Source of the DNA: a virus
Length of the DNA stretch: 64,000 bases
IMG/VR virus record: IMGVR_UViG_3300019487_000023
Location: 8,850-72,849 of that record
Reading direction: 5' to 3' (one strand)
Both the position numbers and the translations under genes were made by a program. Positions 6,992 to 16,549 of the stretch are shown here, one piece after another (the stretch's first letter is position 1; each line of letters begins with the position of its first letter). The notes under the pieces are model-generated. The model worked only from the letters and a program-made list of their open reading frames with translations, did not search any database and was not told the origin of the DNA.

Positions 6992-7807
6992 ATGGCAATG
7001 GACCCACCAAATCAGATATATCCACCTCCAGCACAGTCGATTACGTCAACGCCGTCGCCTATGCCGCTGTACCTTCCTGATCCTTCGATCAAGGGTATTA
7101 GCTTTGATCAACTTTTGAATCAACGTGGAATTCGCTTCTTTCACCAGAAAGCTTTGCCATGCCCAAACATCCTTACAGTGGATACTAACGCTCATCAGCC
7201 AGATTGCAAATTCTGCGACGATAGCGGCATCATCTACTACGATAACAAGGAGTGCTGGGGAATTTTCCAAGGCAACAGCATTGAGAAAACTTTTGAAGCT
7301 CACGGTATCTGGGAAATCGGCACTGCAGTAGTGACGTTCCCCACTGAGTACCCTGATGGTAGCGGTCAGGCAGACTTTAATACCTATGATAGGTTAACAA
7401 TGCCTGATTTTGAAGTTCGCCTGTGGGAACTTAAGGAATACGAGCCTCGTCCCGACGGCCAAGAACTCAGGTATCCAATCCGCAAGGTCGAGTACGCTTC
7501 TTCAATTATCAACAATGTTCAGAAGTTCTATTACCCTGGGGTTGATTTTAACGTAACGCCCGACGGGAAGATCCAATGGATTTACGGAAAAGAACCTTCT
7601 TACGACGCAGATGAGGAAAAGGGCGAGGTCATCGCCTGGTCATATTTTGCCAACCCTGTTTATGTCGTAGTACAGTCTCTAAGAGAACTCAGAATCACGC
7701 AGGAGCTAGTTAACGGCCAAAAAGTCTCTAAGCGTCTGCCACAACAGATCCTAGTGAAGCGTGACTTCATGTTCGGAGCTGGGGAGAAATTGTTACAGAG
7801 TCCGTAA
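6992..7807 (+). CDS. Probable neck/head-closure protein
   Basis: CPN...H.PDCKFC motif; first gene of the structural block, upstream of the sheath. Function inferred from position. Confidence 0.6.
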   Translation: MAMDPPNQIYPPPAQSITSTPSPMPLYLPDPSIKGISFDQLLNQRGIRFFHQKALPCPNILTVDTNAHQPDCKFCDDSGIIYYDNKECWGIFQGNSIEKTFEAHGIWEIGTAVVTFPTEYPDGSGQADFNTYDRLTMPDFEVRLWELKEYEPRPDGQELRYPIRKVEYASSIINNVQKFYYPGVDFNVTPDGKIQWIYGKEPSYDADEEKGEVIAWSYFANPVYVVVQSLRELRITQELVNGQKVSKRLPQQILVKRDFMFGAGEKLLQSP

Positions 7808-7871
7808 TCCTGAGTTAACCCAACGCTAAGTTATAATTGGTATAGAGTTAACAGGGAGCCGATTCTTTCTT

Positions 7872-9401
7872 ATGCCTCAAGCAGTAAGTCGTAGACAATA
7901 CAGAATGATGATGGCTATTCTTCACGGAAAGGCGAAGGATGGTCCGCGCGGTCGTCCTCCAAAGTCCGTCGCCGCGAAGTATACAGATCCAGGTAAAGAT
8001 GCCCCAGAGCAGTCCGGTGAAGATCGTGGCGGTAGCTGGAATGAAGAGCATCATGCAAAGGCCAAGGAACGTACCAAGGCAGCTCGCAAGGATCGCAAGA
8101 AGACAAAGAAAGAACTCCGTAAAGCACTAGAAGATTTTTATAAGGCCACCAAGAGCGGCGCAGCCGCGACCCTTGTGATGGATAACAATAACCGCATCCT
8201 ACTTGGACAACATTGGGGTGACAAGAATTCTCTTGCTTTCCCTGGCGGACACCTAGAACCAAATGAAGACTCTGCACTAGGCGCACTGCGCGAGCTGCAA
8301 GAAGAGACTGGTCTCATTGGACACAACCCACAAAAGATTATGGAACATAAGGACAGCGGCAGAGACGTCACTGTATACCTTATTGAGTCCTTCCGTGGAA
8401 AACCAGCATCTTCGAAAGAGCTCACCAACTTGAAGTGGTATGAGCCTCAGGATATCGAGTGGAATAAAGTTCGTAACTGCTGCATCGCTCCTTTGAAATA
8501 TGTAGTTGAGCAAAAGCTTGGTAAGAGTATCAAGGGAATGCTCGCGATTGAGAAGCTAGAGAAGAATATCATCCGTCAAAGAGGGGACGCAGTTTTCGAA
8601 GTCACTCACGGCGACGCGCTAAAGCTTGTTGGCAATGGCGTCTTTAGAATGTTGCGCGAAGCTGTGCGTGATATGAAGGATGAAGATTTTAAAGATGTTC
8701 ACATCGACACGTACACGGTTTCAATCCGTCGTCATATGTCTGATGTCTATTCTGGTCGCGTAAGCGACGGACACAAGGTCGTATACCAGTTCACTAACAA
8801 GTCGCTCCCTGAACTCACCGCTGGCTTGATGTCTGTGTTCGAGTGGTATCTTCCTGAAGACCAAAAGGACCTAGAACTCCTTGACGAAGGTCTTCTACAA
8901 GACGACGCCATCCACGGCGGCATCAATGAGCTTGTAGACAATTATCGTCGCCACAATATCGGCAACATCTATGAAGAGATGGAAACTATCCGCTCGCACA
9001 TGCGCAACGGTATGGCTATCGACCTTCAGCAAACAGAAGCAAAGATTATGACTCTGTTTGATAAGCTTGAAGACGTTGTTCATGATGTTGTTGGAAAGCA
9101 TAACATGCTTGCTCAAGAAGCAGGCAAAGAGATCGAAGAGCTTGAAAGAAAGCTTCGCGAGCTACAGAGCAAGATTGAAGAAATGGACAAGAAGCCAGAA
9201 GTAGTAGAAGCCTACTCTTCCAATCCTGCTAACAAAGATAAAGTCATCGATGAGTACTACTCATATCTACCTAAGCCATCTATCGAAATTTCCCCTAACG
9301 GAAAGATTCGCATCTCTTTTGGCTCCGACTGGAATACGCTTGAAAAAGAAAACTTCTTGAAGGATATGAGAGCTCGTGTCATCAAGAAGGCGAGCAAGTA
9401 A
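7872..9401 (+). CDS. Nudix-hydrolase-domain protein (509 aa) with basic N-terminus and C-terminal coiled coil
   Basis: Nudix box PGGHLEPNEDSALGALRELQEETGL; RGRP AT-hook-like motif near the N-terminus. Confidence 0.85.
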   Translation: MPQAVSRRQYRMMMAILHGKAKDGPRGRPPKSVAAKYTDPGKDAPEQSGEDRGGSWNEEHHAKAKERTKAARKDRKKTKKELRKALEDFYKATKSGAAATLVMDNNNRILLGQHWGDKNSLAFPGGHLEPNEDSALGALRELQEETGLIGHNPQKIMEHKDSGRDVTVYLIESFRGKPASSKELTNLKWYEPQDIEWNKVRNCCIAPLKYVVEQKLGKSIKGMLAIEKLEKNIIRQRGDAVFEVTHGDALKLVGNGVFRMLREAVRDMKDEDFKDVHIDTYTVSIRRHMSDVYSGRVSDGHKVVYQFTNKSLPELTAGLMSVFEWYLPEDQKDLELLDEGLLQDDAIHGGINELVDNYRRHNIGNIYEEMETIRSHMRNGMAIDLQQTEAKIMTLFDKLEDVVHDVVGKHNMLAQEAGKEIEELERKLRELQSKIEEMDKKPEVVEAYSSNPANKDKVIDEYYSYLPKPSIEISPNGKIRISFGSDWNTLEKENFLKDMRARVIKKASK

Positions 9402-10042
9402 TGGTGAATCTTTACTTTGAACTCGATCGCCTAAGAGCTACTCTAAAAAGTCGTGGACTCTCTGAAAACGCAATCGAGAAAATTACAACGCAAGCGAGAC
9501 TTGAGATCCTCACGGAGTTCCAGAATCAGGCTGAATCTGCGATGGAGCTAGCTGTTGAAGCTGGTGTTCAGAAGGACTCTGTTGACTTCATTAATGAGAT
9601 CCGCCCTAACGCTATCACTATGGAACTGATGACAGACTCTGGTAATCTAGAGTTCTCAGAACCTCCATATCCTATGTTGCCTTGGCTTCTTAAGAATGCT
9701 AAGCCAATGAAGGATGGTAGTGGCGTTTATAAAGTTATCCCTGTAGGTGCTCCTTCAAAGAACCCTAAGCCCTCTATGGCTGGCAATATCTTTGATGCCC
9801 AGAAAGCTATCATGACTGCGCGTGCAGAAGAAGCTAAACGCCAGTATGACAGGGTGAAACCAAAGAATTCAAAGGCTACGTTCCGTACGGCTTCAAGTAA
9901 GCAGAGTGCTGAGACTAAGTGGGTAAAACCTGCTAAAGAAGTGGACTTCACAGATGATGTGAAGGGCATCAACAATGAGTTGACCGAGACTATGGAACAA
10001 GCTATTAAGAGAATCATCGAATCTTACGTGGAGGCCTTCTAA
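9401..10042 (+). CDS. Probable neck/tail-completion protein (213 aa)
   Basis: Coupled ORF in the head-tail block; function from synteny only. Confidence 0.55.
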   Translation: MVNLYFELDRLRATLKSRGLSENAIEKITTQARLEILTEFQNQAESAMELAVEAGVQKDSVDFINEIRPNAITMELMTDSGNLEFSEPPYPMLPWLLKNAKPMKDGSGVYKVIPVGAPSKNPKPSMAGNIFDAQKAIMTARAEEAKRQYDRVKPKNSKATFRTASSKQSAETKWVKPAKEVDFTDDVKGINNELTETMEQAIKRIIESYVEAF

Positions 10043-10043
10043 C

Positions 10044-10787
10044 ATGCCGTTTGTAATGCCTGAAATTGTAGTACACAAGATTCTTAAAGATGGCCTTAAG
10101 GACCTAAGGGCTAATCGTCCTGCCTTCAACGACCTCTTCTGTCAAATGACACAAGATGAGTTGGGCAAGGAGTATGGTCAAGCTTATGTTGACAGCATCT
10201 GGGATTGGTTTACAACCACCAAGATTCCTGTTGTTCAGGCTTGGTCGCTAAATGCTCAGAAGATCCCTTGCATTAGCGTTCATCTTGCCAACGAAACAGA
10301 AGATGAATCCAAGGCTACCTTGAATGACTTTGCAGGCATCTTTGATGAGGATGCAGAAACTGGCACCGGAGTGTTTACGGTGATGGTTGATATTGGGTTG
10401 CACTCTAATAGAGCTGGTGACCAAGTATTATGGCTTTATTACATTGTTAGCTATATTCTTTTTAAGCACAAACTTAAGGCACATAGGTTAGGTCTTAAGT
10501 TACACACCTACAGCGCTTCCGATTACAATAAGGATGCCGCTAAGATGGGTGAGAACATTTGGACTAGGTGGATTAGGTTTAGATGTACAACTGAGAACTT
10601 TTGGTCTGGAGATGCATTGGGTGAAGCCGATGGCGTCAACCTTGATCCAGCGATTGGCAATGAGCCAGCCTCTTCTGTGGCTACCTCTCTAGACGTTGAC
10701 ATCGAAGAGGTAGACATCACCGCTAACACCGGTTTACAGGCTGGCAGGGTAGGGGATGAAGAAGATGACGAGTTGGTAGATATTTAA
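10044..10787 (+). CDS. Probable tail terminator/completion protein (247 aa)
   Basis: Position just before the sheath; IPCISVHLANETE strand pattern; acidic C-terminus. Confidence 0.55.
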   Translation: MPFVMPEIVVHKILKDGLKDLRANRPAFNDLFCQMTQDELGKEYGQAYVDSIWDWFTTTKIPVVQAWSLNAQKIPCISVHLANETEDESKATLNDFAGIFDEDAETGTGVFTVMVDIGLHSNRAGDQVLWLYYIVSYILFKHKLKAHRLGLKLHTYSASDYNKDAAKMGENIWTRWIRFRCTTENFWSGDALGEADGVNLDPAIGNEPASSVATSLDVDIEEVDITANTGLQAGRVGDEEDDELVDI

Positions 10788-10824
10788 CCACTTAAGTCGG
10801 ATAAAATCAATTAAGGAGTAGCAT

Positions 10825-11070
10825 ATGGCTAAGAAAAAGAAAGAACAAAAGGTAGCTCAAGAGCAACAGGCACCTGCCGGCGCTCCAGAAGCAACTGGTA
10901 ATCAGAAGCTAGATTTTGATGCATGGTGGGCGCTAAGGGGCAAAAAGCTTCCTAAGCATCATCACAAAGAAATCATCAAGGCAGACTTCGCCGGTCGTGG
11001 TCTAGACGACAAAGAAAGCATGGAAGATTTTGATAGAGCGCTTGAGATGTACGGCGTTAAGCTTGACTAA
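10825..11070 (+). CDS. Hypothetical protein (81 aa)
   Basis: TAAGGAG SD; own TAAAAT -10 element. Confidence 0.8.
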   Translation: MAKKKKEQKVAQEQQAPAGAPEATGNQKLDFDAWWALRGKKLPKHHHKEIIKADFAGRGLDDKESMEDFDRALEMYGVKLD

Positions 11071-11122
11071 GCCTCTATGTTATAATTGGTTGGTATACAA
11101 AACCTGACTCAGGAGATGCAAC

Positions 11123-13321
11123 ATGGCAATTAATGTAAGTTTTAACGGGGCAACAATTTATAAGCCTGGCGCTTACTCCAAGACTTCGATTGATCTTGGT
11201 GGTGGTTTTCCACTATCACCAACTGGTCTAGTCGCTATTTTTGGTGAAGCGGACGCAGGTGCTCCAGGCGCAAACGAAGTAAATATCGCTGACAACGTGT
11301 TCAGCCCAGAACAACTTCCTGCTATCAAGCAGAAGTATCGCAGCGGTCCACTTGTTGATGCATGCGCGTTCTTGTTCGCACCAGGTGCCGATGGCGCAAT
11401 TCCTGGCGGAGCAAGCGCTGTCTATATCTACAAGACAAACGCTTCTGTTCGCGCAACGCTCGCACTTGACAATACTTGGGGAACTCTACGTTCTCTTGAG
11501 TGGGGTGCAGGCGGCAACAAGCTCACCTACAAAAACGTTCTCACTCCAGCTGTAAGCGCTACTCGCGCTTCGTCTGCTCCATTCGACGTCACTGGTGACG
11601 TTGCAACGGAAACCCTTGTGCTTCGCGTACAAGGCGGCGCAGACAATACGTTCACTGCTCCTGCAAGCACCACGACTCGTGCATTGCTTCAGACTGCGTT
11701 GAACACTGCTGGTAACTGGTCTGGCGGTCTTCCTTCAGGCGTCACTCTCACTGTTGGCGGTGCATCTGATGCAGCTGCTACTTTGACGATTGCTCGCTCT
11801 GCAGCTGGTACTCCAAACCGTGAAGGATACGGTCGCAACTTCCAGATTGTTAGCGGTACGCTAGCAGCTTCTGCAAATCTTGCAACTGGTCTCGTAACCT
11901 CTTCTTCTGAAGATATGGCTACGATCACTATCTCTAACAAGCGTGACCTCATCGACGAAAGTGAAACTATCGGCGGAGATCTAGTTTTGAAGCTTGGTCG
12001 CAGCGGCGGCGTGACTCCACAAGTCACCGTCAACGCTACTCAAGTTCTCTTGATTAACAACTCTGTCACTGAGTATGCTATCACTAAGTCTGATTTCGGT
12101 ACTCTTGCAGAAATGTTGGCATGGATCAACAGCACCGCAACCAACTGGTCCGGTGAACTTGGTTCAACCTTGTTCGGTCAACTAAGCCCAAGCATCCTTG
12201 ATCGCGTAACCGGTCTTGGCGCTCTTGGTTCTGCTTCGATTCGTCCAGCTCAGATCAAGCGCGATGCACAACTTGCTCGTGACATGTTTGCTCAAAGCTC
12301 TATGATCAGCCAGAGCATCGTAGGCGCAAACGCTTACGCTGGTCTTCCTGATGCAGCTGCTGAGATCTTCCTAACTGGTGGATCTAAGGGCGGCACTCAG
12401 ACTGCTGAGATCGCTTCTGCTCTAAGCAAGTTCGAAAAGTTCCGCGTGAATAGCGTTGTTCCTTTGATGTCTCGCGACGCAACGGACGATGCTGCTGACG
12501 GTCTTACTGACCCAAGCTCTAACTACACCATCGATGGTATTCATCAGGCTGTGAAGACTCACTTGAGCTTGATGGCAACCACCAAGAAGAAGTCTGAGCG
12601 TCAAGGATACTTGTCTTACAAGGCAAGCTACTCTGATTGCAAACAGAAGTCTCAAGACTTGGCATTCCAACGCATTCAACTTGCGATCCAAGACGTTCGT
12701 CAAGCTGACAGCGATGGCAACATCAAGTGGTTCCAGCCATGGGCTGGTTCTGCTCTCCTAGCCGGAGCTCGTGGTGGTAGCCCAGTCGGTCTTCCAATGA
12801 CCTTTAAGTATTTCAACATGTCTGGTATTCGTCAGACTGCTCAGCCAATGAGCACTGCCGAAGCTGATATCGTGGTGGATTTCGATCCTGATACTCAGTA
12901 TGATGATGCAATTCAAAACGGCATCACCTTCTGGGAAGCTCCACAAACTGGCGGATTCCGCCTTGTTGTGGATAACACCACCTATGGTAAGGATGGAAAC
13001 TGGGTGTTCAACCGCGGCAACGTTCAGTACGCTGCTGACGTTCTAGCCTACGACTTCCGTAACCAACTTGAGAATATCTATGTTGGCGTGAAGAACACTA
13101 TCACTGCAGCCGAAGTTAAGTCAACATGCGAAGCTATCCTAGGTACCTACCTAGCTCAAGGTATTACGGTTTCGACCTCTGATGCCAAGAACGGCTTCAA
13201 GCAGCTTGTAGTACAGATCAACGGCAACACTATCAACATCTCAGTTGTAGTTAAGCTTGTTGAGGGTATCGACTTCATCTTGGCCGACATCACTCTTCAA
13301 AGAGCTCAGCAAACAGCTTAA
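11123..13321 (+). CDS. Contractile tail sheath protein (732 aa)
   Basis: N-terminal IYKPGAYS...GLVAIFGEADAG motif and a C-terminal sheath domain (LVVDNTTY...VKLVEGIDFIL); followed by tube genes. Confidence 0.92.
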   Translation: MAINVSFNGATIYKPGAYSKTSIDLGGGFPLSPTGLVAIFGEADAGAPGANEVNIADNVFSPEQLPAIKQKYRSGPLVDACAFLFAPGADGAIPGGASAVYIYKTNASVRATLALDNTWGTLRSLEWGAGGNKLTYKNVLTPAVSATRASSAPFDVTGDVATETLVLRVQGGADNTFTAPASTTTRALLQTALNTAGNWSGGLPSGVTLTVGGASDAAATLTIARSAAGTPNREGYGRNFQIVSGTLAASANLATGLVTSSSEDMATITISNKRDLIDESETIGGDLVLKLGRSGGVTPQVTVNATQVLLINNSVTEYAITKSDFGTLAEMLAWINSTATNWSGELGSTLFGQLSPSILDRVTGLGALGSASIRPAQIKRDAQLARDMFAQSSMISQSIVGANAYAGLPDAAAEIFLTGGSKGGTQTAEIASALSKFEKFRVNSVVPLMSRDATDDAADGLTDPSSNYTIDGIHQAVKTHLSLMATTKKKSERQGYLSYKASYSDCKQKSQDLAFQRIQLAIQDVRQADSDGNIKWFQPWAGSALLAGARGGSPVGLPMTFKYFNMSGIRQTAQPMSTAEADIVVDFDPDTQYDDAIQNGITFWEAPQTGGFRLVVDNTTYGKDGNWVFNRGNVQYAADVLAYDFRNQLENIYVGVKNTITAAEVKSTCEAILGTYLAQGITVSTSDAKNGFKQLVVQINGNTINISVVVKLVEGIDFILADITLQRAQQTA

Positions 13322-13350
13322 TAAGAATCATTATTTAAAGTTTCTAGTGA

Positions 13351-13380
13351 ACCCCGACCAAAAGTCGGGGTCCTACTTTC
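13351..13380 (+). terminator. Intrinsic terminator-like hairpin after the sheath gene
   Basis: CCCCGAC-CAAAA-GTCGGGG at 13352-13370, then TCCTACTTTC. Confidence 0.65.
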
Positions 13381-13418
13381 TGGTATATTAAGTTTAAACT
13401 TTATAAAGAGAGTGACAC

Positions 13419-14117
13419 ATGTTATCGAAAGCAGCAAGACACAGATTAGTAATAGCCCTTACTTCTGAAAAAGTTGGAGAAGAGGTCGCTGATGCAATTG
13501 ACACAGAAGATTCAGGCGATGGTACTATCCTACCAAATTTCACTAATAACCAATTATTAAGAGGCAACGGAACCAACATTCCAATAACAGATGGCCAACT
13601 TCAGTTTGATCCAGGATCAAACAGACTGTATGTTGGTGCATATGCAAGTAGCTCAAACGGTATTATTACAGTCGGTGGCTCTGGAACTGGCATCGGAACT
13701 ATTGATGGTGGCGGCGGAGCACTTAATGTAACTGGTGGTCCACTTACAATGACCACTCATGTAAGTGCTCAACCTATTGTTTTTAAGCCAGGCACTACTG
13801 AATCCTTTAGGTTTCTTGGAACTGGCCAATCTGTGTTCAACAACGCTATTCGTGTTAAGACTAGAGTTGTTGCTGGTGCAACTGTAACTATTGCCGATAC
13901 AGACTATGCTGTATTTTGCACTGCTGGCGGTAGCGTTACTGCTAATCTTCCTGTAGGAGTAGATGGTATGGAAATTAAGGTTGTAAGCAGGAACACCTCT
14001 TTAGTCGACATAACACCAAACGGTTCAGATACAATAAACGGCACAGGCGCTCCTTATCAGATGAGTGCCGCAGTAACGCTGATATTTGCAGCGGGCGATT
14101 GGGCTGTCTTTAACTAA
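13419..14117 (+). CDS. Probable virion structural/decoration protein (232 aa)
   Basis: Gly/Thr-rich beta composition; C-terminal VTANLP...EIKVV...DTING...AVTLIF..DWAV resembles fibre-type domains. Confidence 0.6.
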   Translation: MLSKAARHRLVIALTSEKVGEEVADAIDTEDSGDGTILPNFTNNQLLRGNGTNIPITDGQLQFDPGSNRLYVGAYASSSNGIITVGGSGTGIGTIDGGGGALNVTGGPLTMTTHVSAQPIVFKPGTTESFRFLGTGQSVFNNAIRVKTRVVAGATVTIADTDYAVFCTAGGSVTANLPVGVDGMEIKVVSRNTSLVDITPNGSDTINGTGAPYQMSAAVTLIFAAGDWAVFN

Positions 14118-14129
14118 AAATAAATAATT

Positions 14130-14183
14130 ATGAATGAAATTTTAAAGATGGACAAGAACGGTCAATGGTCCTCTCCAAAATAG
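14130..14183 (+). CDS. Possible 17-aa micro-ORF MNEILKMDKNGQWSSPK (TAG stop)
   Basis: Matches the N-terminal motif of 4671-4964; no SD. Confidence 0.3.
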   Translation: MNEILKMDKNGQWSSPK

Positions 14184-14285
14184 GCTATTTGCTTAACCTA
14201 AAACCTGATATTCTAGACTTAAGTTACAATTAAGTGACTTCAAAAATGCTCGGTAAAGGGAACCGCACCCTAAAAGGAGAAATCA

Positions 14286-14852
14286 ATGGCTTCTAAACTG
14301 CCATCGTTTGTCACAGGTGCAAACGCTAAAATCAAAGTCGGAGGCAAGACGTTCGCGTATGCTTCTGATGTCTCGTACAACGTTGTTGTGGACGTGGTAC
14401 CAATCGAAACAATGGGTCGTTACGAAGCAGTCACCAATGAGCCAGTTAACTATTCAGTTAGCGGCGAGTTGAGTGTCGTTCGTTACACCGGCATTGCTAA
14501 GACCAACAACATGCCAGGAACTAACACTGGTGGTAACGGTCTTGGTAAGGTTGACATGGGCACTGTGGGCGGCATCGGTTCGCATCACATTAACCCAGGC
14601 AATATGCTGTTGTCTCAGACTTGGGATCTTGCTGTATTCCAGAAGACTCAAACTGCTGCAACTGCTGCTGGAGATACCGCAGTCACCGTTGATGCTGTTG
14701 AATTCATCACCATCAAGGACTGCCGTTTCACTCGCAAGAGTGCAGGTATTAACAAGCGTGGTATCCTCGTTGATCGCCTAAGCTTTGTTGGTATTCTTGC
14801 AGACGATGAGTCGTTCGACGCTTCGTACTCTGGCGATACGGATCTGACCTAA
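14286..14852 (+). CDS. Tail tube protein, paralog 1
   Basis: FVTGANAKIKVGG..FAYASDVSY motif; follows the sheath; AAGGAG SD. Confidence 0.85.
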   Translation: MASKLPSFVTGANAKIKVGGKTFAYASDVSYNVVVDVVPIETMGRYEAVTNEPVNYSVSGELSVVRYTGIAKTNNMPGTNTGGNGLGKVDMGTVGGIGSHHINPGNMLLSQTWDLAVFQKTQTAATAAGDTAVTVDAVEFITIKDCRFTRKSAGINKRGILVDRLSFVGILADDESFDASYSGDTDLT

Positions 14853-15937
14853 ACTGTTCGTAAAAAAGCAAGAACCTCGCTAGATGTGCCACTGAACACG
14901 GCTCCTTTAGCGAGGTTCTTCATTCTCTTAATTCTTTGCCTTACTGAATTAGTAATTTGCCCGCCTCGGGCCATCAACCTTGTGCTAATCGTCAACTCAT
15001 CTTCAACAATAACAATTAATTTAATGTCGAATATATCTTTATTTCTTTTTATAAACGAGGAGACGTGCGTGGTGGGGTCATAGATCACAGTGGATGTTTC
15101 GTTCCAAAGTATAGACCTTGTTTGATCTTTAGGTGTTTTATCGTACGAAACATATTTAAATTTATTAATTACTTGATTGCAAATCCAACTCTTTCCAGCT
15201 CCAGACGCACCTGCAATAACATAAACAATCTTCTTTGTTCCTACTGATCTATTGGCTAAAAAATTTTCCATTTGGTCTTTAGTGTTAGGTTTTTCTTTAC
15301 CATTGCCATGTATTGCGTGAAACAATCTGTGACACGGTATACAAAGCGACACTAGATTGTCTATATTGAATCTTTCGGTCGGATGATGCTTCCAAGATTT
15401 TACGTGATGTGCATTTAATGTAACCCCACTGATTGAGCAAGCAACGCAAGTAAAGTTATCGACCTTAAATCTTTCAACATGTAATTTTAAATCTGCAAAC
15501 CTATTGCGCTCTGCTCTTGCAGCCGGTGTTTTAAGTTCGTCAAAATCTGATAACTTAATGCCTCTCAGAGTGCAACTAATTTTTACTTTTTGATCAAAAG
15601 TTAACTTCTTGCCTTTATTAGTCGGTGATCTGCCGCGCTTTACAGCGCTCATTTTATCAATAACTTCTCGCCTAGTCTCCTTCTTTCCTTTATTCCACGG
15701 CACATGATTAACCTTTGCAAGACTCATTTTTAACTTAGATTCTGTAGTGTGCCTAATACAGCATTTAGTGCAGTTTGGTTTAGAAGCGTTAACTTTATTG
15801 AGATATCCTCGATCTTTGCCGCACGTATCGCAGGTGGCCCTATATTTTGTTCTATAGTGTGCGCTGTCAATAGGTTCTTTTATGGTATCATTTAAGTTAA
15901 TCATAATTATTATGATTATACCTTGTATCAGGAACAA
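14849..15937 (-). CDS. HNH endonuclease with NUMOD-like basic repeats, fused to a C-terminal P-loop domain; TAG stop
   Basis: CVAC...HHVKSW...DNLVSLCIPCHRLFH (HNH); PWNKG motif; VIAGASGAGKS (Walker A); AT-rich, antisense insertion. Confidence 0.85.
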   Translation of the reverse strand: MFLIQGIIIIIMINLNDTIKEPIDSAHYRTKYRATCDTCGKDRGYLNKVNASKPNCTKCCIRHTTESKLKMSLAKVNHVPWNKGKKETRREVIDKMSAVKRGRSPTNKGKKLTFDQKVKISCTLRGIKLSDFDELKTPAARAERNRFADLKLHVERFKVDNFTCVACSISGVTLNAHHVKSWKHHPTERFNIDNLVSLCIPCHRLFHAIHGNGKEKPNTKDQMENFLANRSVGTKKIVYVIAGASGAGKSWICNQVINKFKYVSYDKTPKDQTRSILWNETSTVIYDPTTHVSSFIKRNKDIFDIKLIVIVEDELTISTRLMARGGQITNSVRQRIKRMKNLAKGAVFSGTSSEVLAFLRTV

Positions 15938-15943
15938 ACGCTA

Positions 15944-16540
15944 ATGGCAGGTATAAAGCCGTTTTTCATCACAGGCGCAAACGCTAAGGTAAAGCTCAAC
16001 GACAAGACGCTAGCCTTCTGTACCGATCTTTCCTATTCCGTAACGATCAACACTCAAGCTCCTAAAATCTTAGGCATGTATGAAGGCAGCTCTGTCGAGC
16101 CGCTGGGATATACCGTTAATGGCAGCTTCACTGTCATTCGCTACGCTAAAGACGTAAAAAGCAGTGTCGGTGGAACTATCCCAAATGGGATTGCACAGAA
16201 CGACGCCGGCAACGGTGTTGGAAACTGGGGCGGAGTATGGGGTGGAAAAGCTGGAGACTTCTTTGCTCGCAATGGTATCGGCAACGACGGCCGCGCAAAC
16301 GAAGCTCTAGATCCTAGCAAATATCAAAGTGGAACTACTTTTGATATCCAAGTTTATCAAAAGCTTCCTAATGGCAACATCCTAGGTGTTGCAAACATCA
16401 GGAACGCTCGTATTACTAAGGCTGACTTTCAATTAACCAAGAAAGGCGCCGCTGTACAAAGATTTGAGTTCACTGCATTGTATGCAGATGAAGATAGTTT
16501 CGTAGCAGATGCCTCTGGTAGAGGACAACAGTTCACATAA
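15944..16540 (+). CDS. Tail tube protein, paralog 2
   Basis: FITGANAKVKLN..LAFCTDLSY, homologous to paralog 1. Start moved from 15923 to 15944 to match the paralog N-terminus. Confidence 0.85.
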   Translation: MAGIKPFFITGANAKVKLNDKTLAFCTDLSYSVTINTQAPKILGMYEGSSVEPLGYTVNGSFTVIRYAKDVKSSVGGTIPNGIAQNDAGNGVGNWGGVWGGKAGDFFARNGIGNDGRANEALDPSKYQSGTTFDIQVYQKLPNGNILGVANIRNARITKADFQLTKKGAAVQRFEFTALYADEDSFVADASGRGQQFT

Positions 16541-16549
16541 GGGTGATTT

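Noticed and set aside
14780-14851. Meaningful amber readthrough of the HNH/P-loop gene or of ORF 5421-5705
   Set aside because: The first extension only runs antisense through the tube gene, and the second stops one codon later; neither joins another gene.
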